Shown here: piece after piece, positions 51,056 to 64,000 of the stretch
How the letters are laid out: every line of letters begins with the position of its first letter
How positions within the stretch are numbered: position 1 is the first letter of the stretch
Origin: Mobula hypostoma
Lineage: Eukaryota
DNA: 64,000 bases
Direction of reading: 5' to 3'
Assembly (NCBI RefSeq): GCF_963921235.1
Contig: NC_086105.1
Location: 120,590,001 to 120,654,000, forward strand
Position numbers and translations under genes: made by a program
Notes under the pieces: model-generated
What the model was told of the DNA's origin: nothing
Database searches by the model: none
What the model saw: the letters and a program-made list of their open reading frames with translations, nothing else

Positions 51056-52609
51056 TGTCCTCTAATCAGAAATACAGATAATATCAATGCCAAAAGGCAC
51101 AACATGATACATTAACTGTCAAAGTGTCTCAAATTCCAATAGTTGAACTTAACAGATTATACTAAAATACAATATTCATCTTGGTAAATATAGACCACTT
51201 AATGTGTCATGGGGAAACCAAACTGAGTTTGAAGAGATTGAAACTAAGGCACTGAAGAATAAAAATATTCTTCACAAGTCAAGAAAACAAAGATATGACA
51301 ATATTTTAAGCTCTTATATTGAAACACAAGTGCAGACTACCCCTTACCTTGATAGATCCTTGTCAGTAAATGCAGGGCATTTTCAACACCCACAATTCAC
51401 ATGCTGTGCATCAGCAATTAACTATGTCTTAAAACAGCCAGAATTATGTTCTCTATAATCCTACAAATTGATATTCCCCTTTTACACTGACAGAATTATT
51501 CGATCCTACAAATCCGAGGAGTCATTGGTATAAAAGTTTATCATGCACTTGTCCGAAATTTAGGGCCAAGGGCTAAGTACTTTAAAGCAGAATGCCCTTT
51601 TACCTGGATATTCATATTAACTTCAGGTACCATTGGAAACAATTGCCAAGATATGACAAAGAATAGCCAATCAAATATGCTTCCCATCAGCTGATACACA
51701 GCATGTTTATAAGAAAATAGAAGATTCAAATCAAAATCTATAGTCTGAAAGCCCAAAATGCATATAAATCCACTTGAAAACCGATAAACAAGATTTCACA
51801 CATCCAGCTGGACTGATCGATCATTTCTCTGCTGGATGGTCAGAACCCTGACAGAAATTAGCAGTGCCAAATCAATGTTGGTATAATCTTAAGGCACTGC
51901 ATTTTTTCAAAAGGGTGAAACCAGAGATTTACACAGCAGGTCTGCAGGTTGCTAACTCTAAAATAATCAACGTACATTTGATAATCATCTCCACTGACTT
52001 CACATATATTGTGCATTAAGGAGAGTGGAATTCTGTAGTGTTCTTAACCTCCTGGCAATTAGTTTGCAGAGAACTGGGCGGAGGCCTATTTACCTGCTCA
52101 TCTTGAGGAATGTATCATGGAGATGCATTAGAGAAGCAGTAAATATTGCATGATGACTATTCCTCAACATGATAAAGCCCATAATTTAAAAACAAGATAC
52201 TCTATGTAAGATATTTAATGAATCTACAACTTGCAAGGGCAGTGCAGTTTAAAGTGAATTTGCATTGCATTCCTGCTTTAGTAAGGAAGTGTGGATTTTA
52301 ATATAATTGTTAGAGTAATGAAACTTTTTTTTGGAGGAGGACTGCACTTTTGATGCATGTTTTTAAAACTCTACGTGTACATTCACCAGCTCAGACACCT
52401 TAATAGAAACATGCACAGTATGAGTGAAATTCAAACCATTAACCAACTGTTTTACTGTTTTTAAGCATTTAAAGTACAACACATTTGCTAAAATATCTTT
52501 AATCCTGCAAGCAGTTGGTTGGACTAGACATTGCCCAGATACTTCACTCAAGAGATTTGCTCACACTTATTCCTCTTGTTAGAAGGCAGGATTTAATTGC
52601 TGGCCATTT

Positions 52610-52772
52610 TTATGAGCTGATAACTTGTCCTGACCACGTTTCATGCTTCGTTCCTGGTGCTAGATGGGTGATGACCACCTCAACAGCCTGCTTCTTCTCG
52701 TTTTTGGGAGGAATTAGACAGACTTTGTACGAGACCTCATCACCTTCCACTGGAACATATTCTCCTTCAATA
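52610..52772 (-). CDS. CARHSP1: Calcium-regulated heat-stable protein 1, last coding exon (cold-shock domain C-terminus)
   Basis: tttccccgtcag|T ATT GAA; (D)[53 protein letters not shown]; synteny favours CARHSP1 over CSDC2; upstream exons not found in the window. Confidence 0.92.
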
Positions 52773-52984
52773 CTGACGGGGAAAGAAATTATATAGTCAG
52801 ACAGCATATTCTGCATGAAAATAAATCTATAATACTTGTGCATCCATTTACTCATACATTATATAATTCAAAATTGCATATTAATTTATGACATTAGTAG
52901 ATAATTAATGATAATGTTTATCTCTTTACAATCCTTTTCCGTCGATAACAGTTTTGCAGTACATACTACTTTTATTAAATCATA

Positions 52985-53450
52985 ATCACAAGAGATTCTG
53001 TAGGTGATGGAAATCAAGAGTAACACATGCAAAATGCTGGAGGAACTCAGCAGGTCTGGCGGTATCTAGGGAGAGGAATAAACAGTCAACGTTTTGGCCT
53101 GAGACCCTTCATCAGGACTGGAAAGGAAAGGGGAAGTAGCCTGGATAAAACTGAGGTGGTGGGGGGGGAGAGGGGAAGGAGTACAAGTTGGCAGGTGATG
53201 GGTGAAAGAAGGTTGGGGGAAGGCAGGTGGGAGGGGATGAAGTAAGAAGCTGGGAAGTGATAGGTGGAAAAGGGCTGAAAGAGAAGGAATTTGATAGGAG
53301 AGGAGAGTGGGCATCAGAGAAAGTGAAGGATATGGAGCACCAAAGGGAAGTAATCGGCAGCTGAAGAGAAGGGGGCAAGAAGGAATCCAGAGGGGAATGG
53401 AAAAAGAGAGAAGGGGGAAGGAGAAAAATTACTAAAAGTCAGAGAAATCA
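52985..53450 (-). mobile_element. Penelope pLTR fragment with hammerhead (G12A)
   Basis: Minus strand CAGTC-CTGATGA-agggtctcaggcc-AAAA-CG-TT-GACTG at 53083-53120. Confidence 0.8.
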
Positions 53451-54469
53451 GGTTACAGTGAAAATCAATTCTATATTTCTACTTATGAAATTATTTTCTT
53501 CTGAAGATTCCATTTTGTTAGTCATTATATAAATACTGACAACATGACAGTACAACAATCTGTTGATGCAGATAGCCAATGCTCTCAGTACACCTATGCA
53601 AGCCATTACATTTTATCATTTGAAGTACCAGAAGTGGGAAAGGCTCACTGTGCCCACCTAAAGTACCAAAGATGCATGGAACAACAAAAACCTGGGTGCA
53701 GTAGCACGTAAAAACCAAAGAGGCAAAAGGAGAAACCATGAAATTATACAGCAGTTTTTCCAGCATCTGCCAGCAAGCAATTACTAGAAACAATAGAATA
53801 ACCAAAAGTGGAACATTTTCATCTAATCAGACGGAAAGGATGCCCAAGGAAACTGATCTCATCGAAGTTACAAAAGTGGAGGATAGGGTAATAACTAATG
53901 TACATTATAGCAAAACTGGAATAATCCACCTTATTCTCATGTGGAAGTATCAATGGCTCAGTATCTGGCTCACCAGATGTTTGATATGCTCTGGATGCAC
54001 CACTGCTCCTGTTCCCACAGTCCCTTCCGTTTGCCAGTGCCGTGGTTCCCAGATTCCCTCCAACTATCCAGGACCCTGACTCACTCGCTCCTCCTGATCC
54101 ACTGGAGTCCTTTCTCCCCCATGTCCCACAGTCCCGATTCCCACGCTCCCTTCTGAAAGGTCAAGGACCCAGATCCTGTATTCCCATCTCATCACTAAGG
54201 CCCTAGTTACTGAACTCTCATTCAATCTGCTGGGTGCCTGTTTCCCACACTGTTTAAACCGTCAAGTTTGCAATTTCCTGCTGTCCCAAGGAACACTGGA
54301 AAATGTATTATAATAGTGTACATACAATAAAAGTGATTTGAAAGAAGTGTTGAGTACAAATGTGATGATCGACAAGTTCCTGGATGAAGTCCTTATCAAA
54401 GATCTTATTTGAGTCCATATAAAGCATATTATTCAGACAGTCTCATCAATCATTTCAGTTTATTCTTCT

Positions 54470-57290
54470 CAAAGTTCAAACTATTTTTTTAATCAAAGTA
54501 CATACAGTGTATGTTTTCATATACAACCCTGGGATTCATTTTCTTGTAGGCAGACTCAATAAATCCAGAACAGAATAAATGAAAGGCTGCACTGATTGGG
54601 ACATCCAACCAAACAGCAAAAGGCAACAAACTGTGCAACACAAAAAGAAAAAAATAATAATAATGAATAAATTAGCAATAAATATCAAGTACGTGAGATG
54701 AAGAGTGAGTCCATAGGTTGTGGGAACATCTCAGTGATGGGCAAGTGAAGATATCCCCTCTGGTGGGTGAACCAGGTGGTGGTAGTCCTGAGACTCCTGT
54801 ATCTTCTTTCTGATGGCAGCAGTGAGAAAAGAGCATGACCTGGGTGGTGTGGGTCCCTGATTTTAGATACTGCTTTCCTGCAAGAACGCTCTGTGTAGAT
54901 ATGCTCAATGGTGGGGAGGGCTTTAGCTGTGATGGACTGGGCTGTACCCACCATTTTTTGTAAGATTTTCCATTCTAGACGATTGGTGTTTCTGTACTAG
55001 ACTGTGATGCAGACAGTCAATATACTCTCCACCACAGTTCTATAGAAGTTTGTCAACATTTTGAATGTCATGTTGAATCTTTGCAAACTCCTAGGGCAGT
55101 AGAGGCACTGCCGTCCTTGCTTTGTAATCATATTTACTTGCTGGGCCCAGGACTAGTCCTCCAAAATGATAATACTAAGGAAGTTAAAGTTGCTGAACTC
55201 CTCCAACTCTGATCCTCTGATGAGGACTGGCTCATGAATCTCCAGTTTCCTCCTCCTGAAGTCAATGATCATCTCCTTAGTCTTGCTGACACTAAGAAGT
55301 TTTTGTTGTGGCACCACTCAGCCAGATGTCCAATCTCCCTCCTAGATGCTGATTTGTCAGTGCTGACTGGAGTCTGCAAGTGAGAAATTCAAAGATCTAA
55401 TTGCACAATGAGGTACTGGAGCAGAGATCTTGAATCTTATTGACTAGTTTGAGGGGATCACATTATTAAATGCCGAGCTGTAGTTGATAAACAGCATCCT
55501 GATGTATGCATCTTTACTGTCCAGATGTTCCAGGGTTAAGTGAAGAGCCTATGAGATGGCATCCGCTATGGACCTGTTGCGTCGGTAGGCATATTGGAGC
55601 GGATCCAAGTCACTTCTCAGGCAGGAGTTAATACGTTTCATCACCAACCTCTCAAAACACCGAATCAATATGGCTACATGTGCTACTGCACGATAGTCAT
55701 AGGAGCAAGTTATCATGTTCATCTTGGGCACCGGTATAACTGAAGCCTGCTTGAAGCAGGTGAGTACCTCAGACTGCCGAAGCGAGAGATTAAAGATCTC
55801 AGTGAACACTTCAGTCAGTTGATTAGCACAGGTCTTTAGTACTTAGCCTGGGACCCCATCTGGGTCAGATACTTTTCGTGGGTTCACCCTCCTGAAGGTT
55901 GGTCACAAATCAGCCTCAGGAGTCTGAAATCACAGGATCACTGGGGGCTATGGAAGTTCATGATGGTTCCTCAATGTTTTTGAAGGTCAAAGTGAGCATA
56001 GAAGGCATTGAGCTCATCTGGAAGCAAAGGCCTGTTGTTGCCCATGTCATTTGATTTTACTTTATAAGAGATTATAGTATTCAAGCCCTACCACATCTAT
56101 TAAGCATCCTTTGTTGATTCGTTTAGTCTGGAATTGCCACCAACCATTACTTTGCTTTATTTACTTTACTTTATTGTCGCCAAACAATTGATACTAGAGT
56201 GTACAATAATCACAGTGATATTCGATTCTGCGCTTCGCGCTCCCTGGAGTACATTAGTTAGCTTTCTGAAAATCGTACATTTCTTAGCCACCAGACTTGA
56301 ATGATCCGACCCTCAGCAGATTGCAGATCTCACGATTCATTCAGGGCTTCTGGTTGGGGAAGACTCTGAATGATTTTGCAAGGACACTCATCTACAACTA
56401 CTTTTATGAAGTCCATGGCAACCATGGCGTATTCATTCAGATCCACTGATGAATCCTTGAACACAGCCAAGTCCACTGACTCAAAGACAGCCAAGTGATC
56501 AGACAGACTGAAATACAGTCTGAGCATAGAACAGTAGGCACTCCTTGGCAGTGGTCCAAGTGACCTTTGGTGTTGCAGGTTATATACTGATGGTAATTGT
56601 TCAGGGATCTTTTCAAACAAGCCTGGTTGAAGTGCCCAACTATGATTTGAAATGCAACAGGGTAGACTGTTTCTTGTTTGAAGACTGCATCATGCAGTAT
56701 CTCAGCATTTGATTATACTTGGCCTAGTATGCAAACTCCAGTGAGAATCATAGTTGTGAACTCCCTAGGTAAGTAGAACAGATGGCATTTGATTATTGGT
56801 GTTCAAGGTCAGGGGAACACGATTTCGACAAAACCACCACATCGAAGCATCACCAAGAGTTTATCATCAAACACACACCTCCACCTTTTGCCTTTTCCCA
56901 ATCAGCAGTTCAGTCCATCCTGTGAATCGAGAAACCTTTGAGGCTGACTGCTATATCTGGCATCCTGGAAGTAAGCCATGTCTCAGTTAAACATAGAACA
57001 CAACAGTTCTTCATTTCAGTTCTATACGGCAATCTTGCCCTCAGGTCCTCAATTTTGTTCTCAAGCAACTGCATATTTGCTAGCAACATGCCAGATAGAG
57101 GGGGGTCTCATTCCTCTGTGTTTCACCTGAGCTTGGAATTTCCCCCCTCCTGCCTCCCACCCACTTCCAGCCATACCGATGAACCTTCATCCACTTAAGG
57201 TTACCGTTCCTGCTTGCTAAGGAGTTAAGTCCACCAAGTCTTTCAGAAGATTGAAAACTGTAGTCCATTAAGTCAATTTAAAAGTACATT
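54470..57290 (-). mobile_element. Rex/Babar LINE, long degenerate copy
   Basis: FTEIFNLSL..FKQA..DYRAVA..CFERLV..LDPLQYAYRRNRS; C-terminal HPGHALFSLLPS. Confidence 0.88.
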
Positions 57291-58004
57291 GCTTAAAAGG
57301 AAATTACATGTTGCAGATTGCAGATATTAATAACCAAGGTGCTAAAAGCCAATAGTCAGTGGATATATACTTGACCAACTGCTTAGCTGATTCATTACAA
57401 GGAATTTGTGGGTGGTTTTATTATGCTCACTTTCTGGAAAGCAATTAAGCAACTTAAATTGTTATTCCCATACAACTTCTAAAACTAGCTCAGGAAATGG
57501 GACTGTTGTGCTGCAGCTATACATAAATCAGGATCAAATAATTATACACGTTACCAAGGATCATTTCTTATGCTGTACACCCACATTTCAATAATTAAAC
57601 AAAATTTTATGTTAGAAATTATGAGCACACTGCAATCTTTGTTAAAGTTCACAAAGCAAATATTGAGATAAAATAGCATACACTAGAACTGGGCACATGC
57701 ATCCCCAAGGACAAGCATTGTTCTTGCAAACATTCCAACAACACTTAACCATTTCCCAAAACTTCCTGATAGTGGAAGATAAAATTCTAAAACAAGCAGG
57801 ATGTTATCAAGTAGTTGGTGAAAATGAATACATGATGAATAGCTAGTAAGCTGGAGGAAAATTAAATGTTGCTACGTTTCCCTTTGCAAATGATAGAATA
57901 ATAAATGAATGGTCTGTAGTTATGTAATTTTTTCTAACAACTGCAGGAACTTATACCAAAAGGTAAAATTAGTGATTATGTAGTCATCAAGATCAGCCAG
58001 CAGG

Positions 58005-58485
58005 AATTTGTTAAAGGCAACCCTTGCAAATTTCTACAGATGCAAGGTGGAGAGTGTTCTGGTTGGTTGCATCACACTGTTACACAGAGTCTCCAGTGAA
58101 CAGGATCACAAAAGACTACAGAGGATTATAGACTCAGCCTGTCCCACCACTAACACAACCCTCCCCACCACTGAGGACCCCTTAAAGATGCAGTGCCTCA
58201 GGGCATTATTAAAGACCCTCAGCATCCAGGACATGCCCTCTTCAAGTTACTACCTTCAGGGAGGAGGTACAGGAGCCGGAAGATACATAATCAGCAAATT
58301 AAGAACAGCATCTTCCTCTCCGCCATCAAATTTCTGAATAGACCTATAAACCTGTGAACACTTCATTATTCGTCTTTTCCATTATTTATTTTGTAACTTA
58401 CAGTAGCTTTTATGCCTTGCACTGTGCTGCTGTCGCAAACAAATTTCATGACATATGTCAGTGATAATAAACCCGATCCTGATTC
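58005..58485 (+). mobile_element. Rex/Babar LINE 3' fragment
   Basis: LANFYRCKVESVLVGCIT..KRLQRI; tail aataaacccgatcctgattccga. Confidence 0.8.
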
Positions 58486-59857
58486 CGATGTTTGAACAAA
58501 CATTAACACTTCTGAAGGATGTGATGGTGGAGTGGGTGTACAGCATGTTGGTTGAAATGTTTGAAGTAATGACTTGCAAAAGACTGGTTAGTGAAAAACA
58601 GTGTACCATGCTCGAGATCAAACTAAATAATACCGCATCAACTGAGAATTGGGCAACCAGGAGGAGAGAGAGGATGAATCACTGGGTCAGACTTGAACAA
58701 AAGGAAAACAAGGCTGAGTTCTGTTTCAGAACTCTTCTAATGGTGGCAGGTCTTGTGAAGTTCAGGAGCTGAGGTTTAAATCACTACAACTGTGTTTCTG
58801 ACAAACCTGCTGGATAATTCAACTGATTCATGTTACAGGATGAAGGCTATGAACCCTACTATTACTCTGCTAGGAATGCTGAATATCTGTACACCAGGCT
58901 ATCTGCTTCACATCCCCTATACAAATTTGTTTCCTATCAGCCAAGACTCTGGCACCTACCTGACAAGGTGAAAGGATGTCCAACTATGATACACATAGGC
59001 TGCATCTTGCCCAACAAATTACCACTCTATCACGCATGTCCCCCCCTCATCCACAGTAGCAGTTTGTTCTGTCATCCACCCACTGTTACTCAGCTGTGAT
59101 GTGCTAACATCTGAATGCTTCCACCTGTAACATACAAAGGTACCTGACCCCAGGATTTGGGCAAGAACTTCAGGGTTATTTGGAACAAGTTTACTCTCCA
59201 CCCAAAAGTTTCCCTGATACACTTATTGGTCTGTTGTTTCAGAATCCCCCTTGAGTAATAGCAAAGAAACAGCCTTTTCTCCCCCTACATTCTAAACAGG
59301 TTACAATTAAAGTCATCATCCTAAGGGTTTTATTACCAACAATAACTGTTGACAATGCAGCGTGCCGCAGGGAAATGGTACAACTTTTCCGCAACAACTT
59401 CCATTTCTGAAAGTCAGGTAACCATCACCAAAGATGAATTAATAAAACTGAAGGAAACTTGTAAGCAAACAAAATCTAGTATATTGAAAAGTAAATGGTT
59501 TTTCATTTCATGCATAAGAATGAGAAATCAGGCTTCATATAAGCTTTGATTCATTCTGAGAATATTAACAAGTTTACCATAGAGGAGGGTTTCTGGACCA
59601 AGTTCCCTCTACTGTCATCTTATTTATAAATAAGGAAATTTCCATGTTTATTCATATTTATATAAAATTATTTTAAGGAAGCAGCAGATTTTATAACTTT
59701 AAATAAGATTTGACCATCTCACTTAAATGGTATTCTTTCAATCTTGCTTTATTGAGGAAAAAATTACAATTTAAATTGTGTTTACCTATTTTTTTTTAAA
59801 AATCAATCTAAGCAATTCATTTACTTCCTTGGACTCTATCAAGGTGACTCTACATTG

Positions 59858-60335
59858 TAGACACAAGAGGCTACAGATGCTGGAGTCTGCAGCTAAAAAC
59901 AGATAATGGCTGGATGAACTCAGCATTTCCAGCAGCATGCAGGGAAGTGGAGGAATTGATGATATTCTGGGTCAAGACTCTGCTTCCTCTCCACTGAAAA
60001 TGGAGAGGGAAGATAGGCGGCATAACGCAGAGAGGGTAGGGGAGGAGTGAGCCGGGCCAGTAAGTGATCAGTGGACTGAGAAGGGATGAAGGAGCGGGGT
60101 TGGGCTGGGCTGGGCTGGGTGGGCAGCGACAGAGGTGGGAAAGGAATTTAGGAGTCTCAGACAGGTGGGTGATGGCTGGAGGCAGTCAAGGAAACAGCAA
60201 AGAGCTGGAATCAGGTTGGGGGGAGTGGGGGTGGTAGGGATCTTTGGGCCTGGAAACACTCAGCAGATTCCGTCAAAAATTTGACTCAGAGGCTGCTTGA
60301 TCTGTATTTATTTCAGATTTATAGCATCTACTCTA
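59858..60335. mobile_element. Old Penelope-pLTR-derived element
   Basis: acacaagaggctacagatgctggagtctg..gaactcagca head, purine-rich body and inverted end. Confidence 0.5.
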
Positions 60336-60994
60336 TTTGATTTTCAATCCATGTTGTTATGGCTCTGAAATGCAACCACTGGGCATGTTCCTCAAACATT
60401 CTGATGCCAATACAGGCTCTCATGAAGATCTGTAAAAGGATACCAGGAGGCCTTTACTGACAGCTTCTGTTACAAATTAGTTTAAGTGTCTTCAATCAAT
60501 AGGAAAGAAAATGGCCCCAAAGAAATCCATTTACTTTGAACATAGTGCATACGTGTGGACTACCCCTGGTGCTGCTATGTGGGTGTTATCAATGTAGAGT
60601 AGTTTTTCATCAGTGTTGGACTTATGCCGTTTACATTAATCACTTGAAAAACTTGTTGAAATAAGGATTACTCTCATCACACCAAACCTCTCCTTGTGGT
60701 ACATACAGATCCTCATTTCCAAAACTAAATATGAATGTTAACACCATGGCTCAACCCAATTGTAGCTCTGCTGCATTAATACAAAATCTGTACATTTTGC
60801 CTCCATTGAAATGAGACATTTACAAGTTCTAGCTACATATGGTCTACCTCCGGCCAACCCCACATTGAACAGCCCATTCTGCAATACAAACTAAAATGAC
60901 AACACATCTTCATAGCTGGTACATAAAAAATGTTTTTAAACAGTCCTTACAATTACTCCATTTGGGCAAATCTAGTAGTTTTCAAATAGACTTA

Positions 60995-62598
60995 CAGGGG
61001 CATGCAAATGTTTGGGCACTCCTGGTCAAAATTTCTGTTACTGTGAATAGTTAAGTGAGTAGAAGATGAACTGATCTCCGAAAGTCATAAAGTTAAAGAT
61101 GAAGCATTCTTTTCAACACTTTAAGCAAGATTAGTGTATTACTTTTGCTTTGTACAATTTTAGTGCGAAAAAAGGAAAGGGGCACCATGAAAAGTTTGGG
61201 CACCCCAAGGGATTTGAGCTCTCAGGTAACTTTTACCAAGGTCTCAGACCTTAATTAGCTTGTTAGGGCTATGGCTTGTTCACAGTCATCATTAGGAAAG
61301 GCCAGGTGATACAAATTTCAAAGCTTTATAAATACCCTGACTCCTCAAACCTTGTCCCAACAATCAGCAGCCATGGGATCCTCTAAGCATCTGCCTAGCA
61401 CTCTGAAAATTAAAATAAATGATGCCCACAAAGCAGGAGAAGGCTATAAGAAGATAGCAAAGTGTTTTCAGGTAGCCGTTTCCCCTGGTCATAATGTAAT
61501 TAAGAAATGGCAGTTAATATGAATGGTGGAGGTCAAGTTGAGGTCTGGAAGACCAAGAAAACTTCCCGAGAGAACTGCTCGTAGGATTGCTAGAAAGGCA
61601 AACAAAACACCTGTTTGTCTTCAAAAGCCCTTCAGGAAGATTTAGCAGACTCTGGAGTGGTGGTGCACTGTTCTACTGTGCAGCGATACCTGCACAAATA
61701 TGACCTTCATGGAAGAGTCATCAGAAGAAAACTTTTCCTGTGTCCTCACCACAAAATTCAGCATCAGAAGTTTGCAAAGGAACATCTAAACAAGCCTGAT
61801 GCATTTTGGAAACAAGTCCTGTGGACTGATGAAGTTAAAATAGAACTTTTTGGCCGCAATGAGCAAAGGTATGTTTGGAGAAAAAAGGGTGCAGAATTTC
61901 ATGAAAAGAACACCTCTCCAACTGTTATGCACGGGGGTGGATCAATCATGCTTTGGGCTTGTGTTGCAGCCCGTGGCACAGGAAACATTTCACTGGTAAA
62001 GGGAAGAATGAATTCAATTAAATACCAGCAAATTTTGGAAGCAAACATCACACCGTCTGTAAAAAAGCTTAAAATGAAAAGAGGATGGCTTCTACAACAG
62101 GATGATGATCCTAAACACACCTCAAAATCCACAATGGACTACCCCAAGAGGTGCAAGCTGAAGGTTTTGCCATGGCCCTCACAGTCCCCCAACTTAAATA
62201 TTATCAGAAACCTATGGATAGACCTCAAAAGAGCAGTGCATGCAAGACGGCCCAAGAATCTCACAGAACTAGAAGCCTTTTGCAAGGAAGAATGGGCAAA
62301 CCCCCCCCCAAACAAGAATTGAAAGACTCTTAGCTGGCTACAGAAAGAGTTACAAGCTGTGATACTTGCCAAAGGGGGTGTTACTAAATACTGAACATTC
62401 AGGGTGCCCAAACTTTTGCTTCGGGCTCTTTTCCTTTTCTGTTATTTTGAAACTGTAAAAGATGGAAATAAAAAACTTTTCTTGCTTAAAATATTAAAGA
62501 AATGTATCATCTTTAACTTTATGCCTTTTGGAAATCAGGTCATCTTTTACTCACTTAGCTATTTTGACTAGGGGTGCCCAAACTTTTGCATACCACTG
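60995..62598 (+). mobile_element. Full-length Tc1 IR/DR transposon, inactive
   Basis: TA|CAGGGGCATGCAAATGTTTGGGCAC ... GTGCCCAAACTTTTGCATACCACTG; inner DRs at ~61191-61206 and ~62402-62419; long IRs. Confidence 0.92.
61373..62394 (+). pseudogene. Tc1 transposase pseudogene
   Basis: MGSSKHL..GYKKIAK, GRPRK, WTDE, QQDDDPKH, WPSQSPNLNIIRN; TGA at 61520, frameshifts, catalytic Glu replaced. Confidence 0.88.
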
Positions 62599-62687
62599 CA
62601 AGTGCATAAAACAACAAGTAGCTTTTCCACAGGATCTTAGTGGCTGCTTTTGTAACTGAACTACTGCAGGAGAAAATAAAATCATAA

Positions 62688-64000
62688 TATCAGAATCCGG
62701 TTTATTATCACCAGCATGTGCCGTGAAATTTGTTAACGTAGCAGCAGCAGTTCAATGCAATGCATAACCTAGCAGAGAGAGAAAAATAATGATAAGTAAA
62801 ATAAAAATAATAATAAGTAAATCAATAACATATATTGAATAGACTAAAAAACGTGCAAAAACAGAAACACTATATATTAAAAATAAGTGAGGTAGTGTCC
62901 AAAGATTCAATGTCCATTTAGGAATCGGATGGCAGAGGAGAAGAAGCTGTTCCTGATTCACTGAGTTTGTGCCCTCAGGCTTCTCTACCTCTTTCCTGAT
63001 GGTAGAAGTGAGAAAAGGGCATGATCTGGGTGCTGGGGGCCCTTAATAATGGACGCTGCCTTTCTGAGACATCGCTCCCTGAAGATGTCCTGGGTACTTT
63101 GTAGGCTAATACCCAAGATGGAGCCGACTAGATTTACAACCCTCTGCAGCTTCTTTTGGTTCTGTGCAGTAGCCCCCCACCCCCCCATACCAGACAGTGA
63201 TGCAGCCTGTCAGAATGCTCTCCACTGTATAATTATAGAAGTTTTTGAGTGTATTTGCTGACATGCCAAATCTCTTCAAACTCCTAATAAGGTACAGCCA
63301 CTGCCTTGCTTTCTTTATAACTACATCAATATGTTGGGACCAGGGTAGATCCTCAGAGATCTTGACACCAAGGAACTTGAAGCTGCTCACCCTCTCCACT
63401 TCTGATCCCTCTATGAGGATTGGAATGCGTTCCTTCGTCTTACCCTTCCTGAAGTCCACAATCAGCTCTTTCATCTTACTGACGTTGAGTGCCAGGTTGT
63501 TGCTGCGGCACCACTCCGCTAGTTGGCATATCTCACTCCTGTACGCCCTCTCGTCACCACCTGAGATTCTACCAACAATGGTTGTATCATCAGCAAATTT
63601 ATAGATGGTATTTGAGTTATGCCTAGCCACATAGTCATGTGTACATAGAGAGTAGAGCAGTGGGCTGAGCACACACCCCTGAGGTGCACCAGTGTTGATG
63701 GTCAGCAAGGAGGATATCCGCACAGATAGTGGTCTTCTTGTTAGGAAGCTGAGGATCCAATTGCAGAGAGAGATACAGAAGCCCAGGTTCTGCAATTTCT
63801 CAATCAGGATTGTGGGAGTGATGGTATCGAATGCTGAGCTATAGTTGATGAACAGCATCCTGACGTAGGTGTTTGTGTTGTTCAGGTGGTCTAAAGCCGT
63901 GTGGAGAGCCACTGAGATTGCATCTGCCATTGGCCTATTGTGGCGATAGGCAAATCGCAATGGGTCCAGGTCCTTGTTGAGGCAGGAGTTCAGTTTAGTC
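62688..64000 (-). mobile_element. Rex/Babar LINE (RT), runs off the window
   Basis: ORF 63106-63960 with [35 protein letters not shown]; 3' tail near 62690. Confidence 0.92.

Noticed and set aside
52773-52855. N-terminal part of the ORF-track CARHSP1 ORF
   Set aside because: Intronic; the acceptor is at 52774-52773
52856-64000. Upstream CARHSP1 exons
   Set aside because: No SKGHGFITP/DIFLHIS-type coding sequence found; presumably beyond the window

Overview
Vertebrate genomic DNA, most likely a cartilaginous fish (ray or shark). This is inferred from its repeat landscape of HE1/V-SINEs, DeuSINEs, abundant CR1, Rex/Babar and Penelope elements. The window holds the conserved block ABAT(+) - TMEM186(-) - PMM2(+) - CARHSP1(-), the same order as human 16p13.2. 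It contains the last two ABAT coding exons, the main TMEM186 coding exon, a complete 8-exon PMM2 (780 nt, 259 aa) and the last coding exon of CARHSP1. TMEM186 and PMM2 share a CpG-rich bidirectional promoter with ZNF143 and NRF1 motifs. Introns are packed with transposons: CR1 (one nearly full length with esterase ORF1), Penelope, Rex/Babar, a gag-pro-only LTR element, a precisely bounded STPR-repeat Helitron, Tigger, hAT-Charlie/Buster and an IR/DR Tc1. The most interesting signal is a family of Penelope-derived mini-elements with 11-15 bp target-site duplications, a stereotyped inverted left end and minimal hammerhead ribozymes. One ribozyme with an intact catalytic core lies sense in PMM2 intron 7, while the other copies are disabled mostly at CpG positions. 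I see no evidence for a wholly new system. Family names come from motif recognition only; no database searches were run.
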